Part shown: one piece after another, positions 41,901 through 43,987 of the stretch
Position numbering within the stretch: position 1 is the stretch's first letter
Layout of the letters: every line of letters starts with the position of its first letter
Source: Raillietiella orientalis
Lineage: Eukaryota
Reading direction: 5' to 3'
Assembly: GCA_036172245.1 (NCBI GenBank)
Contig: JAYWIR010000174.1
Span: 1 to 43,987 of the forward strand
Length of the DNA: 43,987 bases
Notes under the pieces: generated by a model
Databases searched by the model: none
The model's input: the letters and a program-made list of their open reading frames with translations, nothing else
What the model was told of the DNA's origin: nothing
Program-made: the position numbers and the translations under genes

Positions 41901-43680
41901 ACCATGGCCGGTTCCCGATGAATTCGGAAGCAATCCTGAGACATCAAAATGGTTGGAAGCAATCTACTTCGTCTTCCAGCATAGAAATAGAATCTTAAAA
42001 ATGCATCACAAAAATTCCTCTATGTTTTCTATTTCCAATGTGGTGTTTTCCTTCCAAATCTCCGCACTTGCACCAAAACGACCATGGCCGGTTCCGGATG
42101 AATTCGGTCGCATGCCTGAGACATGAAAATGGTTGGAAGCTGTCTACTTCCACTTCCAGCATAGAAATAGAATATTCAAAATGCATCAAAGAAATTCCTC
42201 TATCTTTTCTATTTCCAATGTGACGTTTTCCGTGCAAATCTCCGCACTTGCACCAAAACGACCATGGCCTATTCCCGAAGAATTCGGTCGAAATCCTGAG
42301 ACCTCAAAATGGTTGGAAGCTGTCTACTTCCACTTCCAGCATAGAAATAGAATCTTTAAAATGCATCAAAGAAATTCCTCTATCTTTTCTATTTCCAATG
42401 TGGTGTTTTCCGTCCAAATCTCCGCACTTGCACCAAATCGACCATGGCCGGTTCCCGATGAATTCGGAAGCAATCCTGAGACATCAAAATGGTTGGAATC
42501 AATCTACTTCCACTTCCAGCATAGAAATAGAATCTTCAAAATGCATCAAAGAAATTCGTCTATCTTTTCTATTTCCAATGTGGTATTTTCCGTCCAAATC
42601 TCCGCACTTGCACCAAAACGACCATGGCCGGTTCCCGAAGAATTCGGTCGAAATCCTGAGACCTCAAAATGGTTGGAAGCTGTCTACTTCCACTTCCAGC
42701 ATAGAAATAGAATCTTCAAAATGCATCAAAGAAATTCCTCTATCTTTTCTTTTTCCAATGTGGTATTTTCCGTCCAAATCTCCGCACTTGCTCCAAAACG
42801 ACCATGGCCGGTTCCCGAAGAATTCGGTCGAAATCCTGAGACCTCAAAATGGTTGGAAGCTGTCTACTTCCACTTCCAGCATAGAAATAGAATCTTAAAA
42901 ATGCATTAAAGAAATTCCTCTATCTTTTCTATTTCCAATGTGGTGTTTTCCGTCCAAATCTCCGCACTTGCACCAAAACGACCATGGCCGGTTCCCGATG
43001 AATTCGGAAGCAATCCTGAGACATCAAAATGGTTGGAAGCAATCTACTTCGTCTTCCAGCATAGAAATAGAATCTTCAAAATGCATCACAAAAATTCCTC
43101 TATGTTTTCTATTTCCAATGTGGTGTTTTCCTTCCAAATCTTCGCACTTGCACCAACACGACCATGGCCGGTACCGGATGAACTCGGTCGCAATCCTGAG
43201 ACATCAAAATGGTTGGAATCAATCTATTTCCTCTTCCAGCATAGAAATAGAATCTTCAAAATGCATCAAAGAAATTCCTCTATCTTTTCTATTTCCAATG
43301 TGGTGTTTTCCGTCCAAATCTCCGCACTTGCATGTAAACGACCATGGCCGCTTCCCGATGAATTCGGTCGCAATCCTGAGACATCAAAATGGTTGGAAGC
43401 AATCTACTTCGTCTTCCAGCATAGAAATAGAATCTTCAAAATGCATCACAAAAATTCCTCTATGTTTTCTATTTCCAATGTGGTGTTTTCCTTCCAAATC
43501 TTCGCACTTGCACCAACACGACCATGGCCGTTTCCGGATGAATTCGGTCGCAATCCTGAGACATCAAAATGGTTGGAAGCAATCTACTTCGTCTTCCAGC
43601 ATAGAAATAGAATCTTCAAAATGCATCAAAGAAATTCCTCTATCTTTTCTATTTCCAATGTGGTGTTTTCCGTCCAAATC
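35941..43680. repeat. ~12-monomer block duplication: ~35941-38100 vs ~41520-43680 (offset ~5578 bp = 31 monomers)
   Basis: Same ordered variant string in both: cactttcag, aaatcttgag, aatcttaaaa, catgcctg/aatattca, aatcttta, gaaattcgtc, atgcatta, gaactcgg, tctatttcctc, catgtaaa, cgtttccgg. Confidence 0.9.
39901..40620. repeat. Tandem dimer (360-bp) duplication
   Basis: Private variant gttccccatg at 39931 and 40291, each followed by agagatag and an E-type monomer; the two dimers are nearly identical. Confidence 0.9.
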
Positions 43681-43987
43681 TCCGCACTAGCACCAAAACG
43701 ACCTTGGTCGGTTCCCGATGAATTCGGTCGCAATCCTGAGACATCAAAATGGTTGGAATCAATCCACTTCGTCTTCCAGCGCAGAAATAGAATCTTCAAA
43801 ATGCATCAAAGAAATTCCTCTATCTTTTCTATTTCCAATGTGGTGTTTTCCGTCCAAATCTCCGCACTTGCACCAAAACGACCATGGCCGGTTCCCGATG
43901 AATTCGGTCGCAATCCTGAGACATCAAAATGGTTGGAATCAGTCTACTTCCACTTCCAGCATAGAAATAGAATCTTCAAAATGCATC

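Larger units (their letters stand above)
1..43987. repeat. Tandem satellite DNA array, ~180-bp monomer, ~244 head-to-tail copies; runs off both window ends
   Basis: Consensus read by eye: TCTCCGCACTTGCACCAAAACGACCATGGCCGGTTCCCGATGAATTCGGTCGCAATCCTGAGACATCAAAATGGTTGGAATCAATCTACTTCCACTTCCAGCATAGAAATAGAATCTTCAAAATGCATCAAAGAAATTCCTCTATCTTTTCTATTTCCAATGTGGTGTTTTCCGTCCAAA. The GAATTC position recurs every 180 bp (7, 187, 367; 534...2694; 2875...9175; 9343...11683; 11862...22842, etc.). Most monomers carry one NcoI (CCATGG), one EcoRI (GAATTC) and one NsiI (ATGCAT) site. Confidence 0.99.

Noticed and set aside
5..43690. Numerous ORFs on both strands, up to 821 aa, with 60-aa repeats
   Set aside because: They overlap in multiple frames and simply translate the satellite. 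They have no unique termini or recognisable domain, and recurrent stop variants are tolerated.
1..43987. CRISPR array, integron cassette array or diversity-generating repeat system
   Set aside because: There are no unique spacers or cassettes, since the entire 180 bp is repeated. No cas, integrase or reverse-transcriptase gene is present.
1..43987. 5S rDNA, tRNA or snRNA tandem gene array
   Set aside because: I recognise no 5S or tRNA sequence, internal Pol III boxes or gene-plus-spacer organisation.
1..43987. Transposon/LTR insertion, inversion or telomeric repeat tract within the array
   Set aside because: The register is continuous in one orientation apart from indels of 13 bp or less. 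No foreign sequence or TTTAGGG/TTAGGG tracts were seen.
1..43987. A single regular higher-order repeat of fixed period (e.g. 14-mer)
   Set aside because: A 14-monomer offset occurs twice (9.3/11.8 kb and 14.5/17.1 kb) but involves different, partial blocks. Other offsets (2, 3, 5, 7, 11, 17, 20, 26, 30, 31) show irregular mosaic duplication.
1..43987. Assignment to a named satellite family or species
   Set aside because: Monomer length alone is not diagnostic, and I do not recognise the sequence. A database search is needed.

Overview
The whole 43,987-bp window is one uninterrupted head-to-tail tandem array of a ~180-bp satellite monomer: about 244 copies, all in the same orientation, ~42% GC by hand count. 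It most likely represents eukaryotic heterochromatin (centromeric/pericentromeric, subtelomeric or knob type). I could not assign it to a named satellite family. I see no genes, RNA genes, transposon insertions, CRISPR spacers or unique sequence. The many ORFs are by-products of a 3n-length repeat whose consensus lacks stops in two + frames. The structure of interest is internal. Monomers fall into discrete variant classes in non-random order, including a recurring three-monomer M-E-S motif and a subfamily confined to the centre. Irregular block duplications occur at offsets of 2 to 185 monomers. Only about 8 indel sites break the 180-bp register. One 11-monomer duplicate has lost many of its diagnostic variants to the consensus, which suggests gene conversion or a polishing artefact. 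I find no evidence of a novel gene-encoded system; the only plausible novelty is an uncharacterised satellite with mosaic higher-order-repeat organisation.
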